A stretch of DNA of 64,000 nucleotides from an uncultured Gammaproteobacteria bacterium. Lineage in GTDB: Bacteria > Pseudomonadota > Gammaproteobacteria > Steroidobacterales > Rariloculaceae. The notes beneath the pieces were generated by a model. The model saw nothing but the letters and a program-made list of their open reading frames with translations, ran no database searches and was not told the DNA's origin. The first letter of the stretch is position 1. Each line of letters starts with the position of its first letter. Positions 1 through 10,231 of this stretch are shown here, piece after piece. The stretch covers positions 6,957 to 70,956 of the forward strand of contig CAVUHM010000012.1 of the NCBI GenBank assembly GCA_963741255.1, written 5' to 3'. The translations under genes were made by a program, and so were the position numbers.

Positions 1-632
1 TAGCGCCTGAGGTTGCGCTCGATCACGCGACGAAAGACGCTTTCCATGGGCGCGTAGTCCTTACCGAAGGCCGCGTGAACGGCTGCTACGTAGCGGCGCC
101 TCTCGATCCCACGAATGCCACTGAGGTCGAGCGTGCGCAACCCGGCTTGCAGCCCCATCAGCGTCGACAGAAGGCGCGCGCAACGTCCGTTGCCATCGCG
201 AAACGGATGGACGAGAACCAGCTCGGCGTGGACAACGGCCAGCGCACGCACTTGCATCTCGACGCTCGAGAAGTTGCAGGGCGTGTACTCCCTCAATGGA
301 CCCGCCGAGAAATCCCTCATGAGACTGGGCACGCGGTTGGCCGCTGCGAACATGAAGCCGCCCTTGGCGACGTTCACGTGGCGATACTCGCCCGCCCATT
401 CGTAGATGTCACCGAGCCAGACTCTGTGCATCGCACGGATATCGTTTGCGCTGAAACGCTGATCCGGACGCGTGGCATCGATCATACGTTCCGTGGTGCG
501 CAACAGCGCCGCGGACTCACGACGCTCCATCTCGCGAATCGAGCGAATACCGAGTCGATTGCGAAGCACTCGACCACGTGAGCCGGGCTCGAATTCGGTC
601 TGGGGACCGGTGGGCTCGTACCGCGTAGTCAC
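1..632 (-). CDS. Fic/DOC family protein (partial; C-terminus lies beyond the window start)
   Basis: The minus-strand frame is open from the window edge to 692. The Fic motif HPFRDGNGR is encoded at 183-209. The N-terminus VTTRYEPTGPQTEFEPGSRGRVLRNRLGI is Fic-like. GTG at 630-632 is the only in-frame start upstream of the conserved region. It is absent from the ORF track because it runs off the edge. Confidence 0.8.
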   Translation of the reverse strand, partial: MTTRYEPTGPQTEFEPGSRGRVLRNRLGIRSIREMERRESAALLRTTERMIDATRPDQRFSANDIRAMHRVWLGDIYEWAGEYRHVNVAKGGFMFAAANRVPSLMRDFSAGPLREYTPCNFSSVEMQVRALAVVHAELVLVHPFRDGNGRCARLLSTLMGLQAGLRTLDLSGIRGIERRRYVAAVHAAFGKDYAPMESVFRRVIERNLRR

Positions 633-774
633 GGCCGCAGCGTGGCTCGCTGGCGTCGGCGGGCCGAGCCTCGAATCTCCGCGATTCGCGGACTAATTAG
701 TTCCGTAGTGGCTTGCTTGAACCGCGCGCGATGGGGCTATCATTCCTACCGACGCACCGACCAGGAGCCCCACG

Positions 775-1897
775 ATGGCAACCCGACTGCTCGGTTCCCT
801 CAGCACTCTCGCAGTGCTCATCAGCGCGGCCGTTCTCGTGCCGCATCCCGCCGCAAGTCAGGAGCAGGCGGCCGCTCCACCACTCGTGATCACCGCGTTC
901 GGCGACAAAGCCGCGCCTGCGTACGTCACGCCCCGCACATCATGGGGCGACCCCGACTTGCAGGGCGTCTGGTCCAGCGACGACAACGCAGGCATTCCGA
1001 TGTCGCGGCCGGACCAGTTCGGCGATCGGCTGTACCGAACCGAGCAGGAGCAGGCGGAGCGGGACGAACGAGTGGCACGCGGCGTCCAGCAGGCGGAGAA
1101 CGAGGCGACCAGCAGCTTCCGCGGTGACTTTGCGCGCCGCGCGCTTCCGCAGACGTCGTTGATCGTCGACCCGCCCGACGGCAAGCTGCCGGCATTCACC
1201 GAGGAGGGCGTGAAGCGGCCGATGCCGCGCGGCACGTACGGCAACGGGCCGCTCGATAGCTACACCGACTTCTCGGGCTACGAGCGCTGCATCACGCGCG
1301 GTATCGCCGGCTCGGCGCTGCGCGTGATCTACGGCAACGGCACGCGCATCGTGCAAGGCGCCCGGCGTGGTGGCGATCACGTACGAAATGATTCACGACA
1401 CTCGCCTCCTCTACACGGACGGTCGGCCGCACATCAACCAAGCGATACGCCAGTATCTCGGCGACTCGCGCGCGCATTGGGAAGGCGACGAGCTCGTGGT
1501 CGAGACCACGAACCTGACGGACCGGACCGCCATCGGCGTGAACGGCAACGGCAATCGTCACAGCGCGCAGATGAAACTCACCGAACGCTTCAAGCGCGTG
1601 GCCGACGACATGGTGCAGTACCAGATGACCGTGGACGATCCCGTCACCTACGCGCGGCCGTTCACGATGTCGTATCCGCTCACGCCGCTCGACGGAGGAG
1701 AGCTGCTGCCCTACGACTGCCACGAGGGCAACTACGCGCTCGCGCTGTCGCTCGGCGCAGAGCGCGCCGAGGACCGAGCGCTCGCGGCGGATCGAGCGAA
1801 GGGAATCATTCGCGAGCGCCGGCCCGTGCAGGGCGGCCTCGGTGTCGGCGGTCAGCCGGCGGCCCAAGGCGGCCCGGGAGCACCGCCGCCGCGATAG
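775..1897 (+). pseudogene. Secreted hypothetical protein, same family as 34225..35655 and the C-terminal half of 50525..51541 (one frameshift)
   Basis: ORFs 775..2220 (first ~195 aa) and 1367..1897 join as ...GNGTRIVQ|APGVVAITYEMIHDTR. An extra G near 1357 explains the shift. AGGAG lies 8 nt before ATG 775, and there is a signal peptide (LSTLAVLISAAVLVPHPAASQ). Confidence 0.7.
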
Positions 1898-1920
1898 CGC
1901 TCGGCGCGAAGCCGGCGGCC

Positions 1921-2493
1921 TCAGCCGAACAGGCGGTGCAGGTCGACGGCTACTCCGGAGAGCGCGGATACGTCGAGCTCTGCGCTGAGATCGGGCTCAT
2001 CGACGAGCGTGTACGAACCCTGCTGCGGAGCGCGATGACGGACGAGCCGCCGGCCACGAAGGTCCACGAGCCACATTTCTGGGATTCCGTGAAGTGCGTA
2101 GAGAGACACCTTCGTGTCCCGGTCGAACCGCAGCGACGTGTCGGCAACCTCGATGATGAGCAGGACATCGGCGGACCGCGGGTGGTGCTCGCTGTAGAAG
2201 TCTTCGCGACGCCGCAGTAGCGCGAGGTCGGGCTGCGGCTCGGAGATCTCGCTCAAGCGCACGGGATTCTGGACACGGACTGAGGCTCTTTCATCCACCA
2301 CGCGCGCGAGCGCATCGATCAGGCGATCCACGGTGGCGGCGTGCAAGCTCCCGGGCGGCGCCATGTCGATGATGTCGCCGTCGATCAGCTCGACGGGAGC
2401 ATCGGGCGCAAGGATGCCGACTTCCGCCATGCGGTAGTAATCGGCCACGGTGAGGCGATGGCGACGGGGCAGATCTGCAGCGGCGTGCGACAT
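1921..2493 (-). CDS. Uma2 family endonuclease (DUF820)
   Basis: 190-aa ORF. It has the typical Uma2 layout (LTVADYYRM...ELIDGDII...PDLALL...LLIIEVADTS...K..LYA..GIPE.WLVDL). Confidence 0.8.
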   Translation of the reverse strand: MSHAAADLPRRHRLTVADYYRMAEVGILAPDAPVELIDGDIIDMAPPGSLHAATVDRLIDALARVVDERASVRVQNPVRLSEISEPQPDLALLRRREDFYSEHHPRSADVLLIIEVADTSLRFDRDTKVSLYALHGIPEMWLVDLRGRRLVRHRAPQQGSYTLVDEPDLSAELDVSALSGVAVDLHRLFG

Positions 2494-2609
2494 GGTTTCA
2501 CTATAGGCCGTGGCGGAGTGCGAGTGAACGGGGATTCACCGTAACGGTCCGCCGCGCCCCGAAGGCGAGACGCGAAACTGGGCTCAATGCAGCGATTCCG
2601 CCGTCGCGC

Positions 2610-2963
2610 TTAGCTCGCCGGCTCGTACAAGCCGACGACGGCTTTGAAGCTGCGCTCGACCCGCTGCATCTCGTCCGCCGTGAGGCGAGTCAGCGGCCCC
2701 TTGATGAGCCGTTGCCGATCCAGCGTTCGCGGTTGCTCCGTCATGACCTGACACGGCTGCTCGAGGTCGTCCCGTTGCGGGATCGTCACGTGCAGCGGCT
2801 CCTTCGACGGCCGCACTTGAGTGGTGAGAGGCAGAACGACGATCGTCGGCTCTCGCTGTGCGATCAGGAAATCCGCCTGCATGATCAGCACGGGCCGCAC
2901 CTTGCCGATCTCCGCGCCGCGATTCGGGTTGAGATTGCCGAGCCAGATCTCGCCGCGTCTCAT
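2610..2963 (-). CDS. mazF: Type II toxin, MazF/PemK family endoribonuclease
   Basis: 117-aa ORF starting MRRGEIWLGNLNPNRGAEIGKVRPVLIMQ, a PemK/MazF N-terminal signature. It overlaps the upstream antitoxin gene by 4 nt. Confidence 0.85.
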   Translation of the reverse strand: MRRGEIWLGNLNPNRGAEIGKVRPVLIMQADFLIAQREPTIVVLPLTTQVRPSKEPLHVTIPQRDDLEQPCQVMTEQPRTLDRQRLIKGPLTRLTADEMQRVERSFKAVVGLYEPAS

Positions 2964-3271
2964 CGACGCGGCTTCCGCTTGCGCGTCGTCCGGTACGACG
3001 CCTTGCGTTCTTGGACGCCGAGATTTTCACCCAGCGCTAACGCCTCGTTGTCCGTGCTCAGGGCTTCCTTCGCGACGGCGAGCGCCTCCTCGTCGCCGCG
3101 CGCTCTCGCGGCCCTCGCGATCTCGCCGTGGAAGCGCTCGCGCTCGAGGCGCTCGAGGTAATCGATGATCGCGTCTCGCGCGAGCTCCGACTTGGGAAGC
3201 TCCAGGCGATCGGCCTCGCGGGCAAGTCGCGCCTCTACGTCGTCTGGCAAACGGATGCTTACAAGCGGCAT
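2960..3271 (-). CDS. Ribbon-helix-helix (CopG-like) antitoxin paired with MazF
   Basis: 103-aa ORF with an RHH-like N-terminus (VSIRLPDDVEARLAREADRLELPKSELARDAIIDYLERLE). It overlaps mazF in an ATGA-type junction. Confidence 0.75.
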   Translation of the reverse strand: MPLVSIRLPDDVEARLAREADRLELPKSELARDAIIDYLERLERERFHGEIARAARARGDEEALAVAKEALSTDNEALALGENLGVQERKASYRTTRKRKPRR

Positions 3272-3393
3272 GACGGTTCGTATGACGATTTGTGTGACAA
3301 ACTAGTATACGACCCCTCCCCTCGCCCTGGCCAGTCGGAACGGCGCCGATTCGCTCTTGACCTGCCAAAAGCACAGGGCGCTAGACTCGTGAC

Positions 3394-3951
3394 ATGAAAC
3401 CGCTGAAGAAGAACGCGACTTACGACGACCTGCGCGAAGTGCCGGACCATTTCGTCGCCGAAATGTTCAGCGGCGACTTGTACGCATTCCCACGGCCGGC
3501 GCTTCCGCACGCACGCGCCGCAAGCGTGCTCGGCGGAATGCTGATGGGTCCATTCGATCAGGGCCGCAACGGCCCCGGCGGCTGGGTGATCTTGGACGAG
3601 CCGGAGCTGCACTTCGGCGACGACGTGCTCGTGCCGGATCTCGCGGGCTGGCGCCGCACGCGCCTGCCGGCGGTGCCGGCGGATGCGTATCTCACGCTCG
3701 CGCCGGATTGGGTGTGCGAGGTGTTGTCGGCATCCACCGAGAAAATCGATCGAGGCGCGAAGCTCCGGATCTACGCGCGCGAAGGAGTCGCGTACGCGTG
3801 GCTCATCGACCCGTTGCGGCAAACGCTCGAGGTGCTCGCGCTCGACGAGCGCAAGCGATGGGCTCCGCTTGGCGTGCTCGAGGGTCGTGACAACGTCCGC
3901 GCGGCGCCATTCGACGCGATCGAGCTAGAGCTTGGGAGCCTTTGGATCTGA
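3394..3951 (+). CDS. Uma2 family endonuclease (DUF820)
   Basis: 185-aa ORF with Uma2 motifs (VPDLAGW...APDWVCEVLSAST...D...K..IYAREGVAYAWLIDP). Confidence 0.8.
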   Translation: MKPLKKNATYDDLREVPDHFVAEMFSGDLYAFPRPALPHARAASVLGGMLMGPFDQGRNGPGGWVILDEPELHFGDDVLVPDLAGWRRTRLPAVPADAYLTLAPDWVCEVLSASTEKIDRGAKLRIYAREGVAYAWLIDPLRQTLEVLALDERKRWAPLGVLEGRDNVRAAPFDAIELELGSLWI

Positions 3952-3957
3952 CGGCGC

Positions 3958-5256
3958 TCAGTTCGCGGGCTCGATCCGCAGCACCGCGCCCTCGACTTCC
4001 GCGGTCAGCACGTACAGCAAACCGTCGGGTCCCTCGCGCACGTCGCGGATGCGCTGATTCAGCTCGCGCAGCAGCGTCTCGCGGCGGATCTCTTCCCAAC
4101 GGTCGTTGAACTCGATGCGCTGCAGCTGGCCCGTGCGCGGCACCTCGCCTTCGCGGAGCCCGCCGACGAACGCATTGCGGCGCCAGCCCGTGAACACGTC
4201 GCCCTGATAGAACGTCATGCCCGTGACCGCGATCGACGGCACCCAAAACACGAGCGGCTGCACCGTGCCTTCGAGCGTCGGGTTCGGCGACACACGCGGT
4301 CCGTTGTACACGCGCCCGTAGCTGACGAGCGGCCAGCCGTAGTTGCCGCCCTTCTGCAAGATGTTGATCTCGTCGCCGCCGTTCGGGCCCTGCTCCGTCG
4401 CCCACAGCTCGCCGGTCCACGGATTCAGCACCATCGAATGACCGTTGCGATGCCCGAGCGTCCAGATCGCGGGCAAGTAGCGCGAGTCGTTCACGAACGG
4501 GTTGTCGTTCGGAACGGTGCCGTCGTCGCGCAAGCGAATTGTTTTTCCGGCGTAGTCCTTCGGATCCTGCGAGCGCACGACGTCGGGCCCGACACCCGGC
4601 GCGCTGATCGTCATGTGCAGCATGCCGTCCGCCGCGAAACCGATCCGCGAGCCTTCCGTGCCGGTCGTGCCGCTCGTGAAGATGTCGCGCACGTCGACGA
4701 GCGCATCGTTCTCCCAGCGACCGCGCGCGATCATCGTTTCGCCCATGTTCTCGCCGGCCGGCCGGTGATACGACAAATACACGAAGCTGTTGTCCGCGAA
4801 ACTCGGGTGCAGCACGACGTCCATGAGTCCCTGCAATCCGCCCGTGCGCACCGTCGGCACGCCTTGGACCGGATCCTGCTGGAACACGCCGTTCTTGATC
4901 AGCCGCAGCCGGCCGGGCCGCTCGGTGACGAGCATGTCGCCGCCCGGCAGAAACGCGATCGACCACGGTTGCTCGAGACCGCGCGCGACGACCACGACGC
5001 GCAGGTTGCGATGCTCCGGTCGCACGGACTCGACGAGGAACGGCCCGGCGCCGAGCGGCGGCGACGGCCAACCGGTGCCGGGCGGAATGCCGGTGATCGC
5101 ACCGGGCACCTTGGCGGGATCGAGCGGCCACACCGACGGCGGCTGCGCGTGCCCGACCGCGATCGTAAACGCGAGCACGGCGGCCGCGGCGGCGCAGCGA
5201 ATCAAAGAATGACGTACAGCGGCCGTACCTGCACAGCGGATCAGAGCGTGACGCAT
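3958..5256 (-). CDS. PQQ-dependent sugar dehydrogenase (soluble aldose/sorbosone dehydrogenase family)
   Basis: ORF 3958..5445. The internal ATG at 5254-5256 is preceded by GGGGGGAA and followed by a signal peptide. The body has typical YliI-family blocks (PWSIAFLPGG..LVTER.GRLR, LGHRN, GGDEIN....GGNYGWP). Confidence 0.85.
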   Translation of the reverse strand: MRHALIRCAGTAAVRHSLIRCAAAAAVLAFTIAVGHAQPPSVWPLDPAKVPGAITGIPPGTGWPSPPLGAGPFLVESVRPEHRNLRVVVVARGLEQPWSIAFLPGGDMLVTERPGRLRLIKNGVFQQDPVQGVPTVRTGGLQGLMDVVLHPSFADNSFVYLSYHRPAGENMGETMIARGRWENDALVDVRDIFTSGTTGTEGSRIGFAADGMLHMTISAPGVGPDVVRSQDPKDYAGKTIRLRDDGTVPNDNPFVNDSRYLPAIWTLGHRNGHSMVLNPWTGELWATEQGPNGGDEINILQKGGNYGWPLVSYGRVYNGPRVSPNPTLEGTVQPLVFWVPSIAVTGMTFYQGDVFTGWRRNAFVGGLREGEVPRTGQLQRIEFNDRWEEIRRETLLRELNQRIRDVREGPDGLLYVLTAEVEGAVLRIEPAN

Positions 5257-5486
5257 CGAGATTCCCCCCAACTCATCGGGTCGTGATCGTGGCTGCCCGC
5301 CGGCCCGACGCGGCGATGTCGAAGCGTAACCCGGAAGGACCCGCTGCTCGATATGTCCCTCGCGCAGGCGTGACAAGTAACTTGTCAGACCCGGCGGTTT
5401 TGACAAGTTGGTTGTCACGAGCCCCGGGGAGAGTCCTACACACACGGACCGTCCCGGAGCGGCGCTGGCACGAACGTTGCTCGTCG

Positions 5487-5948
5487 ATGGGGATGGAACC
5501 GTTCGATGACCTCCTGATTCAAGCCGTGAAAGCCGCGGGCTACTACGTCGCGCTGATCGTCCTCGTGCGCATGGCCGGCAAACGCCTGGCTGGACAGACG
5601 ACGACGTTCGACCTGCTGGTGCTGATCACGCTCGGCGTCGTGATGCAGGAAGCCGCACTCGCCGAAGGCGCCGGCAATGCCGCAGCCTTCGTCGTCACCG
5701 TGTTCGCGTTGCACCTGTTGAACGCATGGCTCTGCACGCGCTCGAGCGCAGTTCGTCACCTACTCCGGGGTAAGCCGCGCACACTCGTCCGCGATGGGCA
5801 GGTCGTCGAGCAAGCGCTCACGCTCGAAGGAATCACGCAGGCCGAGTTGCTGGCCGGCCTGCGCAAGCTTGGCTACGAGCGCGTCGACGACGTACGCCTC
5901 GCCGTGCTCGAGGAAACCGGCCACATCTCGGCCGTCGGGCGCGATTGA
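5487..5948 (+). CDS. DUF421 (YetF-like) membrane protein
   Basis: This is the tail of ORF 5283..5948 from ATG 5487. It has two or three N-terminal hydrophobic helices and a DUF421-type C-terminal domain (LVRDGQVVEQALTLEGITQAELLAGLRKLGYERVDDVRLAVLEETGHISAV). Confidence 0.75.
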   Translation: MGMEPFDDLLIQAVKAAGYYVALIVLVRMAGKRLAGQTTTFDLLVLITLGVVMQEAALAEGAGNAAAFVVTVFALHLLNAWLCTRSSAVRHLLRGKPRTLVRDGQVVEQALTLEGITQAELLAGLRKLGYERVDDVRLAVLEETGHISAVGRD

Positions 5949-5989
5949 TTGGTCAGCTATAGTCGGACTCAAACGCAGGAGGAAGGAAC

Positions 5990-6346
5990 ATGGCGGTCAA
6001 ACATTACAGCGGCGGATGTCAATGCGGCGCGGTTTCTTACGAAGTAGACGTCGATATCGACGGCGCGATCACGTGCAACTGCTCGCGATGTCAGAAGCTC
6101 GGCTCCGTGCTCGCGTTCACGCCGCGGAAGAATTTCTCGCTGAAATCCGGCGAGGGCGATGTGACCGAGTTTCTGTTCAACAAGAAGAAGATTCAGCATC
6201 TCTTCTGCAAGGTCTGCGGAATCGAGAGCTTCGCTTACGGAAAGATGCCGGACGGCACGCCGATCGCAGCCATCAACGTCAACTGTCTCGAGGGCGTCGA
6301 GCCGCGCACGCTGAAGGCCAAGCACGTCGACGGCCGGAGCTCCTGA
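5990..6346 (+). CDS. GFA family protein (CENP-V/glutathione-dependent formaldehyde-activating domain)
   Basis: 118-aa ORF with the Cys pattern GGCQCG...CNCSRC...CKVCG typical of the GFA fold. Confidence 0.85.
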   Translation: MAVKHYSGGCQCGAVSYEVDVDIDGAITCNCSRCQKLGSVLAFTPRKNFSLKSGEGDVTEFLFNKKKIQHLFCKVCGIESFAYGKMPDGTPIAAINVNCLEGVEPRTLKAKHVDGRSS

Positions 6347-6365
6347 TCCGTCGACGGGCCGATCG

Positions 6366-8795
6366 TTACTCCGTGCGCAGTGCGTCGACCGGGTCCAGCC
6401 GCGTCGCGCGGCGGGCCGGGACGTAACAGGCCAGCAACGTCACGAAGGTCAGCAAGAGACCAATCGAGATGAACGTCGTGGGGTCGGTCGCGGTCGTGTT
6501 CACGAGCACGGACACGAGCACGCGGCTCACGCCGAAAGCCGCGAGCAGGCCCAGCACGAGGCCAATACAGATCCGCGTGATGCCTTGCCGCAAGACGAGC
6601 CAAAGGATGTCGCGCCGTCCCGCGCCGAGCGCCATGCGCACGCCGAGCTCCTGCGTTCGCTGGCCGACGCCGTGCGCGGTCGAGGCGTAGATGCCGACCG
6701 ACGAGATCAGCAGCGCGATCACGGCGAACGTCGCGAACAACGTTCCGAAAATTCGATACGGCCAGTTTCGCTGGGCGAGGATCTCGTCCATCGTGCGAAT
6801 GTTGTACAGCGGCAGGTCCGCATCGAGCTGCCGCATCTCGTTGCGAATTCCGGTAACGACGGCGTCTCCGGCCATCCGCGTGCGTGCGAGCACCGTGAAG
6901 GCGACCGGCGGCTCCTGGCGGAATGGCGTATACACCGTCGGCTGGACGCTCAAGATCCTGGTTCTGGCTCTGCTGAAATACGGGCGGGCTCACGCCGATG
7001 ATCGTGAGCCACGGCGCGCGTGAGATCTTCGGCGCCGCGGTCCAGGTCGCCACCGAGGCGCAGGCGAGCCCCGAGCGGATCCGTGTCCGGAAAATACCGC
7101 GCGACGAACACCTCGTTCACGATCACGGTCTCGGCGCCCGCGGCGCCATCCGTTTCGGTGAACCCGCGACCAAGCCTCACGTTTAGATCGAGCGCCGCGA
7201 AATACTCCGGAACGACGGTGATCCGAGCGACGTTCGGCAGACGGTTGTTCGCGTCGACCATGTCGCGACCTTCGATCTTCAACGTCCGCATCTGGGCGCC
7301 GGCGGCCGGCGGAATCGACGCGATCGTCAACGAGTCGACGCCGGGCACGTTCTCGAGCCGCTCGGTCATACGCTCCTGAAATGCCAGACGATCCGCAGGT
7401 TGCGGATAACGGGTGTTCGGCAGCGTGACCTGCACGGTCACGAGGTTCTGCGTATCCACGCCGATGTCGAACTGCTGGGTGATCAGGAAACTTCGGATCA
7501 TCAAGCCGGCGCCGACCAAGCAGCACGATCGTCAGCGCGATCTGACCGACGAGCAGCGCATCCGTCATCCGCCCCGCGCGCCGGCCGGCGGTGCCGCTGC
7601 GGCCGCCTTCCTTCAAGTTCTCGGTGACGTTCGCCTTCGAGATCTGCAGCGCCGGCGCGAGGCCGAACAGGATGCCGGTGAGGATCGAGGCCGCCGCGAA
7701 GGCGCCGAATACACGGAAGTCCATCGTGAACTCGAGCCAGTACGGCCTGCCCGTGGGCTGCGTCGCGGCGTCGATCCAGGCCACTCCGAGCAGGCCTATA
7801 CCGAGCCCGAGAATTCCGCCGAGCACGCTCAGCATCACGCTCTCGACCAGCAGTTGCCGCACGACGCGCCAGCGGCTCGCGCCGAGCGCGCGCGCGGATC
7901 GACGTCTCGCGCGTGCGTTGAATCGCGCGCGACAGCAGCAGGTTCGCGACGTTCGCGCACGCGATCAGCAGGACGAAGCCGACGGCGCCGAGCAGCGAGT
8001 ACAGGATCACGCGGATCGGCCCGGTCGTCCCGCGGTCCGTGTACGGCGCGACGCGTGGCTTCGATCTCTTTGTTGGTCTCGGGATAACGCTTGCGCCAGC
8101 GCACCCGCCATCGTCGCCAGGTCCGCGCCCGCAGTCTCGAACGTGGCGCCGTCGGCGAGACGGCCGAACACGACGAGCCCGCGAGCGTCGCGACGTTCCG
8201 CGGCCTCGTCCGGAATGTACGGAACCCAGAGGCGCGTGTCGTTCGGAAAGCGCTTCGCCGGGCCGCATCACGCCGATCACGGTGTGCTCGACGAGGTTGA
8301 TCCGGATCGTCTTACCGAGGATGTCTGCCGTCGCCGTTGTAGCGCGCTTGCCATAGGCCGTAACTCAACAGCACCACCGGCGGTGGCGCCGCGCTGCTCG
8401 TCCTGCCGGCGAGAAGTCTCTGCCGATCAGCGGCGTGGCTCCTAGCAGCGAAAACGTGTTGGCGGTGATCCGATTGCCGGTCACGCGCTCGGCGGCGGCA
8501 TCCCCGTCGCTCAGGTCCGCGCCGCATGTCCCGTGAATGCGCCGAGCCCTTTGAACGACCGGCTCTGCTCGCGGAGGTCGATGAAGTCGGGATACGAGAT
8601 CGCGCCGCGATTCGACGAGACGAAGGCGAGCTCTTCAGGGTTGTCGAACGGCATGCCCTTGAACACGACGGCATTCACGATCGTGAAGATCGCCGTGTTC
8701 ACGCCGATGCCGAGCGCCATCGTGACCACGATGACCGCCGTGAACGCGCGGTTCTTCCACAGCACACGCAGCGCGAATCGCAGATCGTTGAGCAT
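6366..8795 (-). pseudogene. ADOP-type duplicated MacB/FtsX ABC transporter permease (at least 6 frame changes)
   Basis: The N-terminus MLNDLRFALRVLWKNRAFTAVIVVTMALGIGVNTAIF starts at ATG 8795. The conserved pieces are scattered over minus ORFs 8511..8861, 8312..8674, 7501..8280, 6990..7862, 6950..7519, 6235..7053 and 6366..6953. The C-terminus is ...YVPARRATRLDPVDALRTE. Confidence 0.8.
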
Positions 8796-8859
8796 GGTTG
8801 ATCCCTGCACCGTTACCGATAGGTCATGGGATACGGTCGGAGGGGGACGGTTGCAACGC

Positions 8860-8908
8860 AACCGAAGTGCCGGTGTTTCGGTTGAACCGAAACCGTAACA
8901 CCGGCACC
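8860..8908. repeat. REP-like nested palindrome, copy a
   Basis: The sequence is aaccgaaGTGCCGGTGTTTCGGTTGAACCGAAACCGTAACACCGGCAC. It lies between the VOC gene stop and the permease start, and shares arms with copies at 11978, 20649, 30338 and 31915. Confidence 0.85.
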
Positions 8909-8914
8909 TACGCG

Positions 8915-9397
8915 TTACGGGTGCTTGAGGGCTGCGAGCTCCTTCGGCAGCTCCATCAGCTCGATCACGTTGCCGTCCGGGTCGTTCAACATCGCGACCT
9001 TGACCGGAACGCCGCCGATCGGAACCTCGACGGTGTCGGCCGCGACCTTGGCGCCGGCTGCTTTGGCGGCCGCGACGCTCGCGGCGATGTCCGTCACGCG
9101 GAAGATCGCATGCGCCATTGCATCGCCATGCGCGCCCTCGCGTTTCTGGAGCAGAAACTCCGGCGAGGTGCCGGCCTTCGCTGCGGCGGCGGTGGCCCCG
9201 TATCGCATGATGATCTCCGTCGGCGGTGTTCCGACGGCGTCGATCTGCTTCAGGCCGAACACAGTGTCGTAGAACTTCGCGAGCGCCGTAACGTCCGTCG
9301 CGCCGATTCGAACCGCCATCACCGTGGTATCGGCCTGAGCCAGCGTGACGGAAGCCGCCGCGATGATCCCCAATGCCGCCGTTATCGCTCGTCGCAT
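8915..9397 (-). CDS. VOC (glyoxalase/bleomycin-resistance) family protein, exported
   Basis: 160-aa ORF with a signal peptide (AALGIIAAASVTLAQA). It has VOC-like blocks (FYDTVFGLK...HAIFRVTDIAA...VAMLNDPDGNVIELME). Confidence 0.75.
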   Translation of the reverse strand: MRRAITAALGIIAAASVTLAQADTTVMAVRIGATDVTALAKFYDTVFGLKQIDAVGTPPTEIIMRYGATAAAAKAGTSPEFLLQKREGAHGDAMAHAIFRVTDIAASVAAAKAAGAKVAADTVEVPIGGVPVKVAMLNDPDGNVIELMELPKELAALKHP

Positions 9398-9599
9398 GTG
9401 TTGTTCTCCTGGAAGGGTTCCGATTATGTCCCGGACGCCTTCGCCGGGCGCCGCAGGATCATACGCCGAAACGGGTCGGAAACGACCGGGCGCCTAAGTG
9501 TGAGATGCGTCGCGGTCGCTCGCACCGTGTGGCGCTCATGATTCCAAGTAACGCCGGCGAATGAATCCCGGCGCTCCTCACACATAGGAGTCCGTATTC

Positions 9600-10073
9600 A
9601 TGTTCAAGAAGTCGAACGAATCCTCGCCACCCGCGGCGTTCCGAATGGAGTCCGACACGCCGCGCGCTTCGAAAGGGGTTTCGGTGCTGGGCCCGACGCT
9701 GACTTTCAAAGGCGGCGAGCTCTCCTCGGACGAAGACCTCATCATCGAGGGCACGGTCGAGGGCAAGATCGCCCATCACAATCACCACCTGACCATCGGC
9801 AAGCAAGGCAAAGTCAAAGCCGACGTCCGGGCTCGGCTCATCACGGTGCACGGCAGCATCCAAGGCGACTTGCACGGTGACGAAGGCGTGCACATCAGCG
9901 CCTCCGCGCAAGTCATCGGTAACGTAACGTCGCCGCGGGTCTCGCTCGAGAACGGCGCGCGCTTTCAGGGCAGCATCTCGACGAAAGAAGCCGCGAACGT
10001 CGGCACTCGAGCCGCGCCGGCTGAAACACCTCCGGTCGAGCAGATCCTCTCAGGGGGCCTCGTCAGGCGCTGA
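9600..10073 (+). CDS. Bactofilin (polymer-forming cytoskeletal protein, DUF583)
   Basis: 157-aa ORF with the repetitive beta-helix pattern LTFKGGELSSDEDLIIEGTVEGKI...LTIGKQGKVKADVRARLITVHGSIQGDLHGDEGVHISASAQVIGNV. Confidence 0.85.
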   Translation: MFKKSNESSPPAAFRMESDTPRASKGVSVLGPTLTFKGGELSSDEDLIIEGTVEGKIAHHNHHLTIGKQGKVKADVRARLITVHGSIQGDLHGDEGVHISASAQVIGNVTSPRVSLENGARFQGSISTKEAANVGTRAAPAETPPVEQILSGGLVRR

Positions 10074-10231
10074 GCCCGACGACGCGGCCACATTAAGTTA
10101 CGCCGGCTTAGGGCCGGCGTCGGACGCGCTCGTGACCTGAATCACCGACTTCTGCGCGCCCGTCGCGTAACGTGCCTCCAACCTCGGCGTGCTCGGAAGC
10201 GCGGCCGTCTTTTCCACACGGAGGTTCGTTC

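Noticed and set aside
775-1897. Programmed ribosomal frameshifting as the cause of the split genes
   Set aside because: The junctions I inspected have no slippery heptamer, no conserved downstream structure and no common sequence. The shifts occur in many unrelated gene families.
10101-10119. Rho-independent terminator after the bactofilin gene (CGCCGGC-ttagg-GCCGGCG)
   Set aside because: The stem is only 7 bp and is not followed by a T-tract, which is too weak to call.
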